Part shown: piece after piece, positions 39,137 to 48,579 of the stretch
Layout of the letters: the number at the start of each line of letters is the position of its first letter
Numbering within the stretch: position 1 is the first letter of the stretch
Assembly: GCA_963665815.1 (NCBI GenBank)
Contig: OY762463.1
Span: 1,376,001-1,440,000, forward strand
DNA: 64,000 nucleotides
Source: Candidatus Cloacimonadales bacterium
Lineage (GTDB): Bacteria > Cloacimonadota > Cloacimonadia > Cloacimonadales > JAIOQZ01
Reading direction: 5' to 3'
Program-made: the position numbers and the translations under genes
Notes under the pieces: model-generated
Told to the model about the DNA's origin: nothing
What the model saw: only the letters and a program-made list of their open reading frames with translations
Database searches by the model: none

Positions 39137-40465
39137 ATGAAAAAAACATCCGTTATTACAATAGTACTAATGTTGATTATTGGGATTTGTTCCGCAGAGA
39201 CATACGATCTTGATCAGGTAATCAGAACCGGTCTGGAAAACGTTTTGGACTATAAACTTGAACTGCTGAACTCTAAGTACAGTGAACAGCAGATGACACA
39301 GAGCATTATTGACCTGTTTCCAAGCTTATCTGCATCTTATAGCTATGATTTTTCGGGAGAAAAGAGCTTCTTTGACATGCCCCGTAAAACTACATCCATG
39401 ACAACAGAATCTGTTGATTCTGTCTGGGTCAGCAGACGTTCAGGAACTATTGATGCTGCCAGTTTTGGATATTCCATTTCAAAGAGTATTTCCCTGAATG
39501 ATCAGGCTATCTTTGGATATCTAACATCAAAAAATGATCTTAAACAGTCAAAAATCAGTGAAGTTCAGAAGAAGAAAGATGTCGTTTATACAATACTGTC
39601 AAAATACCTGAATGTTGTTGAAGGTCAGAATGCTCTGAGAATCAGACAGGAAAACCTCAATCTTGAGGAAAAAGTTTTTCAGGAAACAAAAATGCTTTTT
39701 GAAACTGACAGAAAAACATCTCTTGATTTGAAACAGGCTGAAATTTCACTGATTAATGCAAAAATAAGTCTTACCGATCAGTTTAATTCATATAGAAAAT
39801 TGAGAGAAGATCTTCTTCATTATGTCGGTTTACCGGTAGATTCTGTGTATTTCAGTGACCCACAGGTAGAAATAAAGACATCTGCTCCCGAATATAACTT
39901 ATCTAACAGTATGAAGATATCTGAGCTTGAACTGAAAAACAGAAAACTCACAACATTGCAGAACAGTTTATCAATTATACCGTCACTCTCATTAAGCTAT
40001 CACTTCAGTGAATCGGAAGATTACGAGCAGATCAATGATTTTCTCGGACTAAACATGAAAGATGGAGGATTCAGTGTAGGATTAAGCCTTTCATACAACT
40101 TTACAGATTCATATAGAGATATTACAAACAACATATACACAAAAAATATTTTGAAGCATGCGGAAAAGCAGTTTAAGTATGACAGAGAACAGGAACGTAT
40201 TGAGTATGAGCAGCTCCTGAAAGACTGGAAAAACCTGAAGCATACATATGAACTTTCTACTGAAAGACTCAAACTTGCTGAAGAGAATTTTAACATGTCA
40301 CAGGAAAAATACAATCTTGGGATGCTCAGTATGATTGATCTTGATAATGCCAAAATTACTCTGCTGAATGCTAAGCTTTCTCATAACTCCACATATTACT
40401 CACTTATAAAGAAATATGAAGAGCTGAACCTGCATGTTTCCGGATTATTACTTGGAAAATACTAA
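39137..40465 (+). CDS. TolC family outer-membrane efflux protein
   Basis: Signal peptide, duplicated PSLS motif, helical repeats ending KYNLGMLSMIDL. Confidence 0.85.
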   Translation: MKKTSVITIVLMLIIGICSAETYDLDQVIRTGLENVLDYKLELLNSKYSEQQMTQSIIDLFPSLSASYSYDFSGEKSFFDMPRKTTSMTTESVDSVWVSRRSGTIDAASFGYSISKSISLNDQAIFGYLTSKNDLKQSKISEVQKKKDVVYTILSKYLNVVEGQNALRIRQENLNLEEKVFQETKMLFETDRKTSLDLKQAEISLINAKISLTDQFNSYRKLREDLLHYVGLPVDSVYFSDPQVEIKTSAPEYNLSNSMKISELELKNRKLTTLQNSLSIIPSLSLSYHFSESEDYEQINDFLGLNMKDGGFSVGLSLSYNFTDSYRDITNNIYTKNILKHAEKQFKYDREQERIEYEQLLKDWKNLKHTYELSTERLKLAEENFNMSQEKYNLGMLSMIDLDNAKITLLNAKLSHNSTYYSLIKKYEELNLHVSGLLLGKY

Positions 40466-40477
40466 CAGGAGATATAA

Positions 40478-41602
40478 ATGAAGAAATTTGTCGTATTCTT
40501 AATTGTTGCAGCTGTACTGGGAGCAGGATATTTTTTCATCCTCAAACCACAGCTTGGCAAAAAGAAAATGAATGAAGTTAACGCAAAAATGTTTGGGATG
40601 AAGAAACGTGATGTAACCGTAAAGAAAGGTGAAATCACCGTTAAAATCGAGGAAACAGGAACAATCCAACCAATTCGTGAGATTAATATTACTTCTCAGG
40701 TTGGTGGTAAACTTGTTCGTTTCTATGTTGATGAAGGTGATTTCGTAAATAAAGGTGACCTTATCGCTGATATAGAACCTGACTACGAACAGTCTGCATC
40801 AATATCCAATAAGAAGAGTTCATATAATCGAGCAAAAATTTCTCAGAAAAATGCAAAAGAAGATTATGAGAACAACTTAAGTCTTTTTAAAGATAATTAT
40901 ATTTCTAAGAAAGATCTTGATGATTCCAAGGATGAACTTGATCAGGCAATCATTAATTTTGAGATTGCAGAACAGCAATACAACCTTGTAAAAGAAATAG
41001 AGATCGAAAATAATATTTCCAAAGTCTATGCAACAGCATCTGGAACTATCATTAAAAGACAGGTTGAAGAAGGTGAAATGGTAAGATCAAACATTGGATC
41101 TTATTCAGAAGGAACTGTACTGATCGTTCTTGCTGACCTTCAGCAAATGATTGTAAAATCATCCATAAATGAGATTGATATTGCTAAAATCAGCAAAAAT
41201 CAACAAGTACAGATTCAGGTCGATGCTTTCCCTTATGAGAAGTTTAGTGGAGAAATAAATAAAGTCTCAGCTATGGCTGTTTCAGAAAATAATGTTAAGG
41301 TATTCCCGATTGAAATTCAGATTTCTAATTCTGATTCAAGACTGAGACCGGGCATGAGTGCTAATGTTACAATAATTGGTGAAACAAGAAAAGATATTCT
41401 CGTTATACCAATAAGAGCAATCTTTTCAGACGGAGAAGGTAATGACATCGTATACCAGATAAAAAGCGATTCATTAACTACTCAAACTGTTGTAAAAACA
41501 GGATTAAACGATCTGCTTAAGGTTGAAATTGTATCTGGGTTACAGGAAGGAGATAAGCTTTCATTATCAAAACCTGTAAGGAGACCTTCTAAAAAAATGT
41601 AA
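40478..41602 (+). CDS. Efflux periplasmic adaptor (MacA-like membrane fusion protein)
   Basis: ETGTIQP, VDEGDFVNKGDLI lipoyl motif, INEIDI, LRPGMSA, SGLQEGD. Confidence 0.9.
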   Translation: MKKFVVFLIVAAVLGAGYFFILKPQLGKKKMNEVNAKMFGMKKRDVTVKKGEITVKIEETGTIQPIREINITSQVGGKLVRFYVDEGDFVNKGDLIADIEPDYEQSASISNKKSSYNRAKISQKNAKEDYENNLSLFKDNYISKKDLDDSKDELDQAIINFEIAEQQYNLVKEIEIENNISKVYATASGTIIKRQVEEGEMVRSNIGSYSEGTVLIVLADLQQMIVKSSINEIDIAKISKNQQVQIQVDAFPYEKFSGEINKVSAMAVSENNVKVFPIEIQISNSDSRLRPGMSANVTIIGETRKDILVIPIRAIFSDGEGNDIVYQIKSDSLTTQTVVKTGLNDLLKVEIVSGLQEGDKLSLSKPVRRPSKKM

Positions 41603-41617
41603 GAGAAAAGGAGACAC

Positions 41618-42553
41618 TTGATGATTCAACTTCAAGATCTTGTAAAGGATTATGGAGATGTACGGGCAGTAGACCGTATCAATTTTGAAATCAGAAAAGG
41701 GGAAATCCTGGGATTTCTCGGACCAAATGGTGCCGGAAAGTCCACAACCCTTAAAACTTTAACATGTTACCTGAATCCGACATCAGGTAATATATTCGTC
41801 GGTGATTATAACATTAACGAACATTCTCAGCAAATCAGAAAAATGATAGGTTATTTACCTGAAAATAACCCATTGTATACTGATATGACAGTATATGATT
41901 TTCTAATTTTTGTTTCTGAAGCAAGAGAAATTCCATCTTCGGAGATTAAACAGAACTTGAAAAAAGTTGTTCTGAAAACAGGTTTATCCAGTGTAATCTC
42001 CAAACCTATTCATGCCCTTTCAAAGGGTTATCGCCAGAGAGTAGGACTTGCTCAGGCAATTCTGCATAATCCACAGATTCTTGTTCTCGATGAGCCTACA
42101 ACGGGACTTGATCCGAATCAGATTGTCGAGATAAGAGAACTGATTAAAGAACTGGGTAAGGACAAGACTCTGATTATTTCAAGCCACATTCTTCAGGAAG
42201 TTCAGGCTGTCTGCGATAGAATTGTTATTATTGATAAAGGTAAAATCGTTGCTGACGGTTCAACTGAACAGCTTAAATCAGGGCATCAGGAAAAAACAAC
42301 AATCAAACTGGAACTTACCGGAGATCTCGAAGGTATAAGAAATACTTTCACTCAACTACCCGGTATTGAAGTTGAAGTTCTTTCAAGTTCAGATATATCA
42401 CACATGTTGAATCTGCACTATGCAGATAAAGCTGACAGAAGAACTGAAATATATAATGTCATTAAATCTCAGCCATGGCAATTACTTGAAATGCAGAGAG
42501 AGAAAGTTTCTCTTGAAGACGTATTCAGATCACTTACAGGCAGGAGGGATTAA
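41618..42553 (+). CDS. ABC transporter ATP-binding protein (GldA-like)
   Basis: GPNGAGKST, LSKGYRQRVGLAQA, LDEPTTGLDPNQ. Confidence 0.92.
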   Translation: MMIQLQDLVKDYGDVRAVDRINFEIRKGEILGFLGPNGAGKSTTLKTLTCYLNPTSGNIFVGDYNINEHSQQIRKMIGYLPENNPLYTDMTVYDFLIFVSEAREIPSSEIKQNLKKVVLKTGLSSVISKPIHALSKGYRQRVGLAQAILHNPQILVLDEPTTGLDPNQIVEIRELIKELGKDKTLIISSHILQEVQAVCDRIVIIDKGKIVADGSTEQLKSGHQEKTTIKLELTGDLEGIRNTFTQLPGIEVEVLSSSDISHMLNLHYADKADRRTEIYNVIKSQPWQLLEMQREKVSLEDVFRSLTGRRD

Positions 42554-43266
42554 TGTCTTACACAAAATTACTTTCCAAAAAAGAATTCAGAGGATATTTC
42601 CAAAGTCCTGCTGCATATATAGTTTTAATTGTATTTCTGGTATATTCCGGATGGTTTTTTACATCAAGACTTTTTATAATCAATCAGGCTGAATTAAGAA
42701 CACTCTTTGAATATGTTCCAATGATATTTTTGTTCTTCATTCCGGCAATTACAATGGGAACACTTGCCAGGGAAAAAAACTCAGGAACAATTGAGCTTCT
42801 TTCCACACTTCCTTTGAAAGAAAGCCATATTGTTCTTGGTAAATTCTTTGGAGCACTGGGACTTGTTTCAGTAGGTCTCCTGTTCACATTGATACATTTT
42901 TTCACAATTGTCCTTCTTGGTCATAATATTGATTATGGGGCAATCTTTACTGGTTATCTGGGGCTGTTCCTTCTCGGAGCATCGTTCTCAGCTATCGGAG
43001 TATTTGCTTCCTGTCTGACCAAGAATCAGATTATTGCATTCATCATAAGCTTTATGATTGTTTTCTTCTTCTTTTCTATCGAAGGGATGCTGATATTCAT
43101 GCCAGCAGGTCTGACATCTTTCTTCCAGTATCTCAGTATAACATATCACCTGCGTAATGTATCTCATGGAGTAATCGATACCCGAAACATTGTGTATTTT
43201 GTTTCACTGACATTCTTATTCCTGAGACTGGCATTTTTCACCTTAGAAAGCAGAAAATGGAAGTAG
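42553..43266 (+). CDS. ABC transporter permease (GldF-like)
   Basis: KEFRGYFQSP, PAITM, EKNSGTIELL.TLP, LGKF, NQIIAF. Confidence 0.9.
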   Translation: MSYTKLLSKKEFRGYFQSPAAYIVLIVFLVYSGWFFTSRLFIINQAELRTLFEYVPMIFLFFIPAITMGTLAREKNSGTIELLSTLPLKESHIVLGKFFGALGLVSVGLLFTLIHFFTIVLLGHNIDYGAIFTGYLGLFLLGASFSAIGVFASCLTKNQIIAFIISFMIVFFFFSIEGMLIFMPAGLTSFFQYLSITYHLRNVSHGVIDTRNIVYFVSLTFLFLRLAFFTLESRKWK

Positions 43267-43269
43267 GAG

Positions 43270-44877
43270 ATGAGTATGAACGTGAAAAGTAAGCAATCTT
43301 TAATAGTTAACATTATTATACTTGCAGCAATTCTGGTTTTTGTAAACCTTATATCGCTGTCATTTTTCTACAGACTTGATTTATCCAAAGGAAAAGTATA
43401 TTCACTTTCCAAAGCAAGTAAAAAGATAGTTGGTAAACTCGACGACAAGCTTCTTGTAAAAGCTTATTTCACTGAGAATCTTCCTGCTGAGTATGCAGAT
43501 GCATCTCGATATGTAAGAGACTTACTCGGCGAATATCAGGCTTATTCAAAAGGTAAATTCAAATTTGAATTTATCGATCCAAGCAGTGAAGAAGACCTTA
43601 AAATGGAAGCCAGAAAGAATATGATTTCCCCTGTACAGATGCGAGTGATTGAAGACGACCAGTTTGTTGTTCGCGAAGTATACATGGGACTTCAGTTTAA
43701 CTACAGAAACAAGTCCGAATCAATACCATTCATTCAAAATACAACAGGTATTGAGTATGAAATATCCAGTATGATCAAAAGAGTTACAGCAATTGGTCTT
43801 AAAAAAGTGGCATTCTTTGCTCCGGAAGATGAAGATTTTCAGCCTGTCAGACGACAAAATCAACAGACAGTATCTGAACCATTTGAATCAATAAAGACAA
43901 TGATAGCTAAAGATCATGAGCTTCAGGATACAGATCTTACTCAACCTATCTCTCCAGATGTCTCAGCATTGTTTATTACAGGTGTCGAAGACTCATTAAC
44001 GAATCAACAGTTGTTTAATCTTGATCAATTCATGATGAATAATGGAAATCTGGTAATATTGCAGGATAGAATGATTGGAGATGTAAAAAACGGAAGAGCT
44101 ACAGAAATTAATTCCAACATATTTGATCTTCTTCAGAATTATGGAGTGACAATCAAGAAAAACATTGTTGCAGATGCACAATGCGGTAAGATTACACTTA
44201 CCCAGAAACAGGGGATCTTCGTTAGAAATACACCTGTAAACTATCCGCCATTCCCTATTATTCTTCAGCAGGATTCGGATAATGTTATTGTTAAGAATCT
44301 GGATGGTATCCAACTGATCTATGTTTCGGAAATTGATACTGTGATGACTAATAAGGAACTTAAATTTGAACCTCTCCTTACAACTTCTCCGTATTCAGGA
44401 ACAGTTATTGGTCCAAATTATGATATTAGTTATTCCAAATATCTTCAGCAAAACCTCAAGCTTATGCTGAATGAAGGTCCTAAAGTAGTTGCCGGTATTT
44501 ACACCGGTACAATTAAAAGCATTTACGGAAATGGTGATGAACTTACTACAGGTACTCATATATCTGAAAATAAGAATGCCAGAATACTGCTTCTTGCTGA
44601 CGGAGACTTCGTAAAAGAAACAGGTGGAGCAGGTATTAAGAACAATATTAATCTGGTACTTAACTCTGTAGATTATATGGTATCCGATGATGATCTCATT
44701 AACATCAGATCCAGGGAAATTGAATTTAAACCTTTGAAAGAAATTTCAACAAGCTTTAAAAGAACACTGAAAATTATAAACATTGCAGCTCCGTCTCTGT
44801 TATTACTGATAATCGGACTGATAATTTATAGAAAAGAAAGACAAAAAAGAAAAATGATAAGGGAGATGTATGAATAA
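43270..44877 (+). CDS. GldG-like ABC auxiliary component
   Basis: RLDLS..KVYSLS, FEFIDP, EYEISS.I, LNSVDY...LINIRSR and a C-terminal TM. Confidence 0.88.
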   Translation: MSMNVKSKQSLIVNIIILAAILVFVNLISLSFFYRLDLSKGKVYSLSKASKKIVGKLDDKLLVKAYFTENLPAEYADASRYVRDLLGEYQAYSKGKFKFEFIDPSSEEDLKMEARKNMISPVQMRVIEDDQFVVREVYMGLQFNYRNKSESIPFIQNTTGIEYEISSMIKRVTAIGLKKVAFFAPEDEDFQPVRRQNQQTVSEPFESIKTMIAKDHELQDTDLTQPISPDVSALFITGVEDSLTNQQLFNLDQFMMNNGNLVILQDRMIGDVKNGRATEINSNIFDLLQNYGVTIKKNIVADAQCGKITLTQKQGIFVRNTPVNYPPFPIILQQDSDNVIVKNLDGIQLIYVSEIDTVMTNKELKFEPLLTTSPYSGTVIGPNYDISYSKYLQQNLKLMLNEGPKVVAGIYTGTIKSIYGNGDELTTGTHISENKNARILLLADGDFVKETGGAGIKNNINLVLNSVDYMVSDDDLINIRSREIEFKPLKEISTSFKRTLKIINIAAPSLLLLIIGLIIYRKERQKRKMIREMYE

Positions 44878-45799
44878 GAAGAACTTAATTTACATTGGAG
44901 TACTTGCAGTTCTGGTACTGATATATTTCCTGTCAAAGGGACTGGTAAACTATACAGAGAAACAGATTGATTTCTTCAAGGCTGATTCTGTCAGTATTAA
45001 CCGAATTACACTATCATCACCTGAAGGTGAAGTTGAACTTGTGAAGAAAGATGGAGAATGGTTACTCACCAAACCTGTTGAGTATCCCGCAGAAAAGAAC
45101 AGTATTTCTCGATTCTTTGAGAAAGTTCTTCATGTTAAAGCAAGTTCTTCCCCATTAGCAGAAAGTAAAGAATCTCTGAAATTCTTTGGAATGGAAGATA
45201 GTGTTGCTATTAATTTGAAAATCTATGGAACCGGTAGTAATCTTCTTGAAGATGTCTACATCGCCAAAGCTAATAATTATAACTATTCTCTGGGGCGATA
45301 CGCCAACAGTACGGAAATCCTGCAGTTGAATACTCAGGTATTCTCTCTTCTGAATCCAAAGGCCGATTACTGGAGAAAACGTGCTGTTCTTGATGTAAAA
45401 AAAGAAGATATAGCATCAATAGATGTTAAATATACTCGAAATGAATATTCTCTGACTGCTACAGATTCATTATGGATATATAAGGACAGTGAAGAAGAAT
45501 TCGGTGTAGCAAAGATTAATCCCCAGATCCAGAAAGTTTTTGGGGGGATTCTTTTTGCATCCACCAGTGAATTTCTTGATTTTGGTTATGATGAATATGC
45601 TGAAAGATTCAAGAAGCCAACTTTAATTGTTCAGGTTAATCTTAAGAACGGTGAAAAAGTTAATCTTACATCAATCCATCTGAAAGAAGACAATAACAGA
45701 TTCCTTGTTATGAAAGACGGAAATACGGATCACCTGTTCTACCTTCCAAAAACCTGGTCAGAAAGATTCACAAAATCATATAATCATTTCAAGAAATAG
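44870..45799 (+). CDS. DUF4340 domain protein
   Basis: N-terminal anchor, two repeats (L.K.DGEW.L..P..YPA; WR.R); typical position after GldG. Confidence 0.75.
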   Translation: MNKKNLIYIGVLAVLVLIYFLSKGLVNYTEKQIDFFKADSVSINRITLSSPEGEVELVKKDGEWLLTKPVEYPAEKNSISRFFEKVLHVKASSSPLAESKESLKFFGMEDSVAINLKIYGTGSNLLEDVYIAKANNYNYSLGRYANSTEILQLNTQVFSLLNPKADYWRKRAVLDVKKEDIASIDVKYTRNEYSLTATDSLWIYKDSEEEFGVAKINPQIQKVFGGILFASTSEFLDFGYDEYAERFKKPTLIVQVNLKNGEKVNLTSIHLKEDNNRFLVMKDGNTDHLFYLPKTWSERFTKSYNHFKK

Positions 45800-45833
45800 A
45801 TAATCAGTAACTAATTGAAAACTAATAGAATCG

Positions 45834-45862
45834 AAGGTCAGCTGTAAAGTTGACCTTTTTTT
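45834..45862 (+). terminator. Intrinsic terminator
   Basis: AAGGTCAGCT/AGTTGACCTT stem followed by a T run. Confidence 0.8.
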
Positions 45863-45944
45863 AATTGTAAATGTGCGAAAATTTATCAAAATAAAGTCTT
45901 GACAGAGAAATCAAGAAATAATTGTTTGCTACTGTATTTAATGT

Positions 45945-46019
45945 TCCTGAGTAGCTCAGTGGTAGAGCAGTTGGCTGTTAACCAATTTGTCGGGGGTTCA
46001 AATCCCTCCTCAGGAGCCA
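45945..46019 (+). tRNA. tRNA-Asn(GTT)
   Basis: Acceptor TCCTGAG/CTCAGGA, D arm GCTC/GAGC, anticodon loop CTGTTAA, T loop TTCAAAT, encoded CCA. TTGACA upstream at 45899. Confidence 0.97.
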
Positions 46020-46038
46020 TTTAAATTACACCTTACGT

Positions 46039-46113
46039 TCCTGAGTAGCTCAGTGGTAGAGCAGTTGGCTGTTAACCAATTTGTCGGGGGTTCAAATCCC
46101 TCCTCAGGAGCCA
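46039..46113 (+). tRNA. tRNA-Asn(GTT), identical second copy
   Basis: Identical 75 nt sequence after a 19 bp spacer. Confidence 0.97.
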
Positions 46114-46394
46114 TTTTTTTTGCCCAGTCGAAAACCTGAATACAATTCATTTTAGTTGATATATATTATAGAACAAACTTTTTCATCCAATAGATAAAAC
46201 ACTTCTGAATTAATTACCAAAATTTGTACTTTGAAATCACAGTATGTTACTCAAATCACTTATTTCCATTTTTCTTTTTTCTTGACTCATAGTTTATAAT
46301 TATTTTTGATCGCAATATTCTATGGTAAATAAATAGAATAGTGTTAAGAAGTGTAAGATTTTTTTCCAGAAGAATGAAGATGAATGTCTATTGA

Positions 46395-46508
46395 AGAAAA
46401 TATGGAAATAAAACCACTTAGATTTATACGCATGTTACAAACGTAGCAAAAAGCAAAATTATAGGGTCTTTGGATAATCTGAATTTGGCCGAAAACAATG
46501 AGAAGTAA
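46395..46508 (+). pseudogene. C-terminal remnant of a tyrosine recombinase (integron-integrase-like)
   Basis: Frame from 46410 reads KTT*IYTHVTNVAKSKIIGSLDNLNL, i.e. the KTTEIYTHV...SPLD catalytic-Tyr tail with an in-frame TAG at 46419. The upstream LGH box is missing. Confidence 0.7.
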
Positions 46509-46621
46509 AGCAAATCTAAATGTAATATACATGACATTGGGCGTATACAACCCCTAAATGGAAGGTGTTCACGACAAAATTATCGTGAGCAGATACATTA
46601 TAAGCAAATACAGGAGAACTA

Positions 46622-47314
46622 TTGGGTAAACTATACTTATTAGGTGACTTAGCAAGTAACTTTGTTGAAGTGATAAAACCTTTCATTGTAGATTCTGGAG
46701 GAGAGAATGCAAAAATTGCATTTTTGATTGCAGGTGGAAATGGATGGGAAAGTCATATTAAAAATTACATAAATCCTCTTAAGGAAAATGGTATAAATAA
46801 CATCTCAGTTATTGTTCCAAATGAAAACAGTTTTACAATTTCAGATGAAGATTATCATAAAATAAAAGATGCAACAGGAATTTTTGTAGGTGGAGGAAAT
46901 ACAGCAAACTATCAAAAAATATACTGTAATCATAAAACATCTAAAATTTTGATTGAAAAGTATAACAAAGGAATTCCATATGCAGGTTTATCTGCCGGTG
47001 CAATGATTCTTGCTGAAAGTTTCTTAAATGATGAATCAAATAATAATGTTTTAAATGGATTAGGAATTTTAAGCAACTTTTTTATAATTCCTCATTTTAT
47101 AGAACAAAATGGTTTCAAGTCAGTAATTGATAATTTTGAAAAAACTAATAATAATTTTGGACTTGGATTGAACAATTCTAGTTGTCTGGAAATTTTTAAC
47201 GAAAATAGTTATAAAGTGCTAGGTAGTTCACCTTGTTTCGTTTTCAAAAGAAAAGTAGAAAATTATGAATTTCAGATTTATCATTCTGATAGTAGTTTCA
47301 AAATAGAAGTATAG
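46622..47314 (+). CDS. Peptidase S51 / cyanophycinase-like protein, cassette-like
   Basis: IFVGGGN, nucleophile GLSAGA, PHF; TTG start behind AGGAG; visibly AT-rich. Confidence 0.85.
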   Translation: MGKLYLLGDLASNFVEVIKPFIVDSGGENAKIAFLIAGGNGWESHIKNYINPLKENGINNISVIVPNENSFTISDEDYHKIKDATGIFVGGGNTANYQKIYCNHKTSKILIEKYNKGIPYAGLSAGAMILAESFLNDESNNNVLNGLGILSNFFIIPHFIEQNGFKSVIDNFEKTNNNFGLGLNNSSCLEIFNENSYKVLGSSPCFVFKRKVENYEFQIYHSDSSFKIEV

Positions 47315-47315
47315 A

Positions 47316-47450
47316 ATTTGCTTATAACAATCACATCCACATTTCATCTGGTCAGTCGGAGGTCGTTGAATCTTTCGATTCAACATCAAGTTGGATTTGA
47401 AAATATTAACCCGCAATGGCTCGTGGCATAGCCTGTCCATTATACCCATA
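47316..47450 (+). repeat. Degenerate attC-like site
   Basis: ATTTGCTTATAAC right after the stop (47316-47328) is the reverse complement of the TTATAAGCAAAT found before the gene (46598-46609). Internal hairpin GTTGAATC-TTTC-GATTCAAC; the right end is unclear. Confidence 0.45.
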
Positions 47451-47556
47451 TTAAATGTAAATTATTCCGAAATTGATGATTCCGAATTTAAAGTTTCTGA
47501 TGAAGATAAACATTTAAATTCTAAGTTTTATAAAGACTAACAAAACTGGATATGAA

Positions 47557-47870
47557 ATGAAGGAAATAGCAGAAGGAAAAGGTGATATTTTATTTTATAC
47601 AACTTCCGACGGTTCTGTAAAAATGGAAGTAATGTTTGAAAATGAAACTGTTTGGATGACGCAAAAGATGATTGCAGAATTGTTTGAAGTTAAACCGCAA
47701 AACATCACAATGCATCTCAAAAATATATATAAAGATGAGGAACTCATCAAAAAATCAACTTGTAAGGATTTCTTACAAGTTCAAAAAGAAGGCTCAAGAA
47801 ATGTTCGTAGAAATAGGAATTTTACAACTTAGATGCTATTATTGCAGTAGGAATACAGTAAATTTCATCC
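47557..47870 (+). pseudogene. Truncated, frameshifted RhuM-family protein
   Basis: ETVWMTQKMIAELF...NITMHLKNIY...EL. After a frameshift near 47822 another frame gives YNLDAIIAVG, then the sequence degenerates. Confidence 0.8.
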
Positions 47871-47986
47871 ATTATACACGGCATTAGTAACAGACAAAAC
47901 ATTTTTGAAATAATTACAAAAAAGTATTTGCATCTTTTGCTATACCGGTTAACTTATCCTCAAAAATATATGATGACGGAGGAAAC

Positions 47987-48490
47987 ATGTCACAGATTAC
48001 TTTTAAATCAAACCCTATGACTTTAAATAACGAACTGATAAAAGTTGGAGATAAAGCTCCTGAGTTTCAAGTAGTAGACGGAACTTTAGCACCTAAAAAA
48101 CTTTCTGATTATGATGGTAAGATCAAAGTTATAGCAACTTTCCCATCAATAGATACACCTGTTTGTCAGATGCAGGTTAGAGAATTCAACAAACGAGCTG
48201 CAGAATTTTCAGATGATGTAGTAGTACTTGGCATCAGCAAGGACCTTCCTTTCGCTCAGGCACGTTTTTGCGGAGCAGAAGGTATTGATGGCGTTCATAC
48301 GCTGTCAGACTATCAGAATGCTTCATTCTCACTTAACTACGGTCTTCACATCAACGAACTGGCATTAACTGCAAGATCTGTTCTGATTGTTGATAAAGAT
48401 AATATTGTCAGATATTTTGACCTGGTAAAAGAGCAGACTGACGAACCTGATTACAATGCGGCTGTCAACGCACTCAAAGAAATAGTTTAA
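47987..48490 (+). CDS. tpx: Thiol peroxidase
   Basis: PSIDTPVC, SKDLPFAQARFCGAEG, EPDY. Confidence 0.95.
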   Translation: MSQITFKSNPMTLNNELIKVGDKAPEFQVVDGTLAPKKLSDYDGKIKVIATFPSIDTPVCQMQVREFNKRAAEFSDDVVVLGISKDLPFAQARFCGAEGIDGVHTLSDYQNASFSLNYGLHINELALTARSVLIVDKDNIVRYFDLVKEQTDEPDYNAAVNALKEIV

Positions 48491-48515
48491 GCAAAGCATA
48501 CATAGTATCTTCCCG

Positions 48516-48544
48516 GGACTGCTGATTTCAGCAGTCCTTTTTTT
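48516..48544 (+). terminator. Intrinsic terminator after tpx
   Basis: GGACTGCTGA/TCAGCAGTCC stem followed by T7. Confidence 0.85.
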
Positions 48545-48579
48545 CTGGACATTATTCAACCCACTCAATTTCTCAGTTC

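Noticed and set aside
41618-44877. Gliding motility function for gldA/F/G-like genes
   Set aside because: These ABC families are widespread in non-gliding bacteria and no other gld/spr genes are in the window, so symbols were withheld.
46419-46421. Recoded TAG (pyrrolysine or alternative code) in the integrase fragment
   Set aside because: TAG acts as a normal stop elsewhere in the window and the rest of the integrase is missing, so decay is the simpler explanation.
47228-47449. 73 aa minus-strand ORF
   Set aside because: It overlaps the peptidase end and the attC-like palindrome, so it is most likely spurious.
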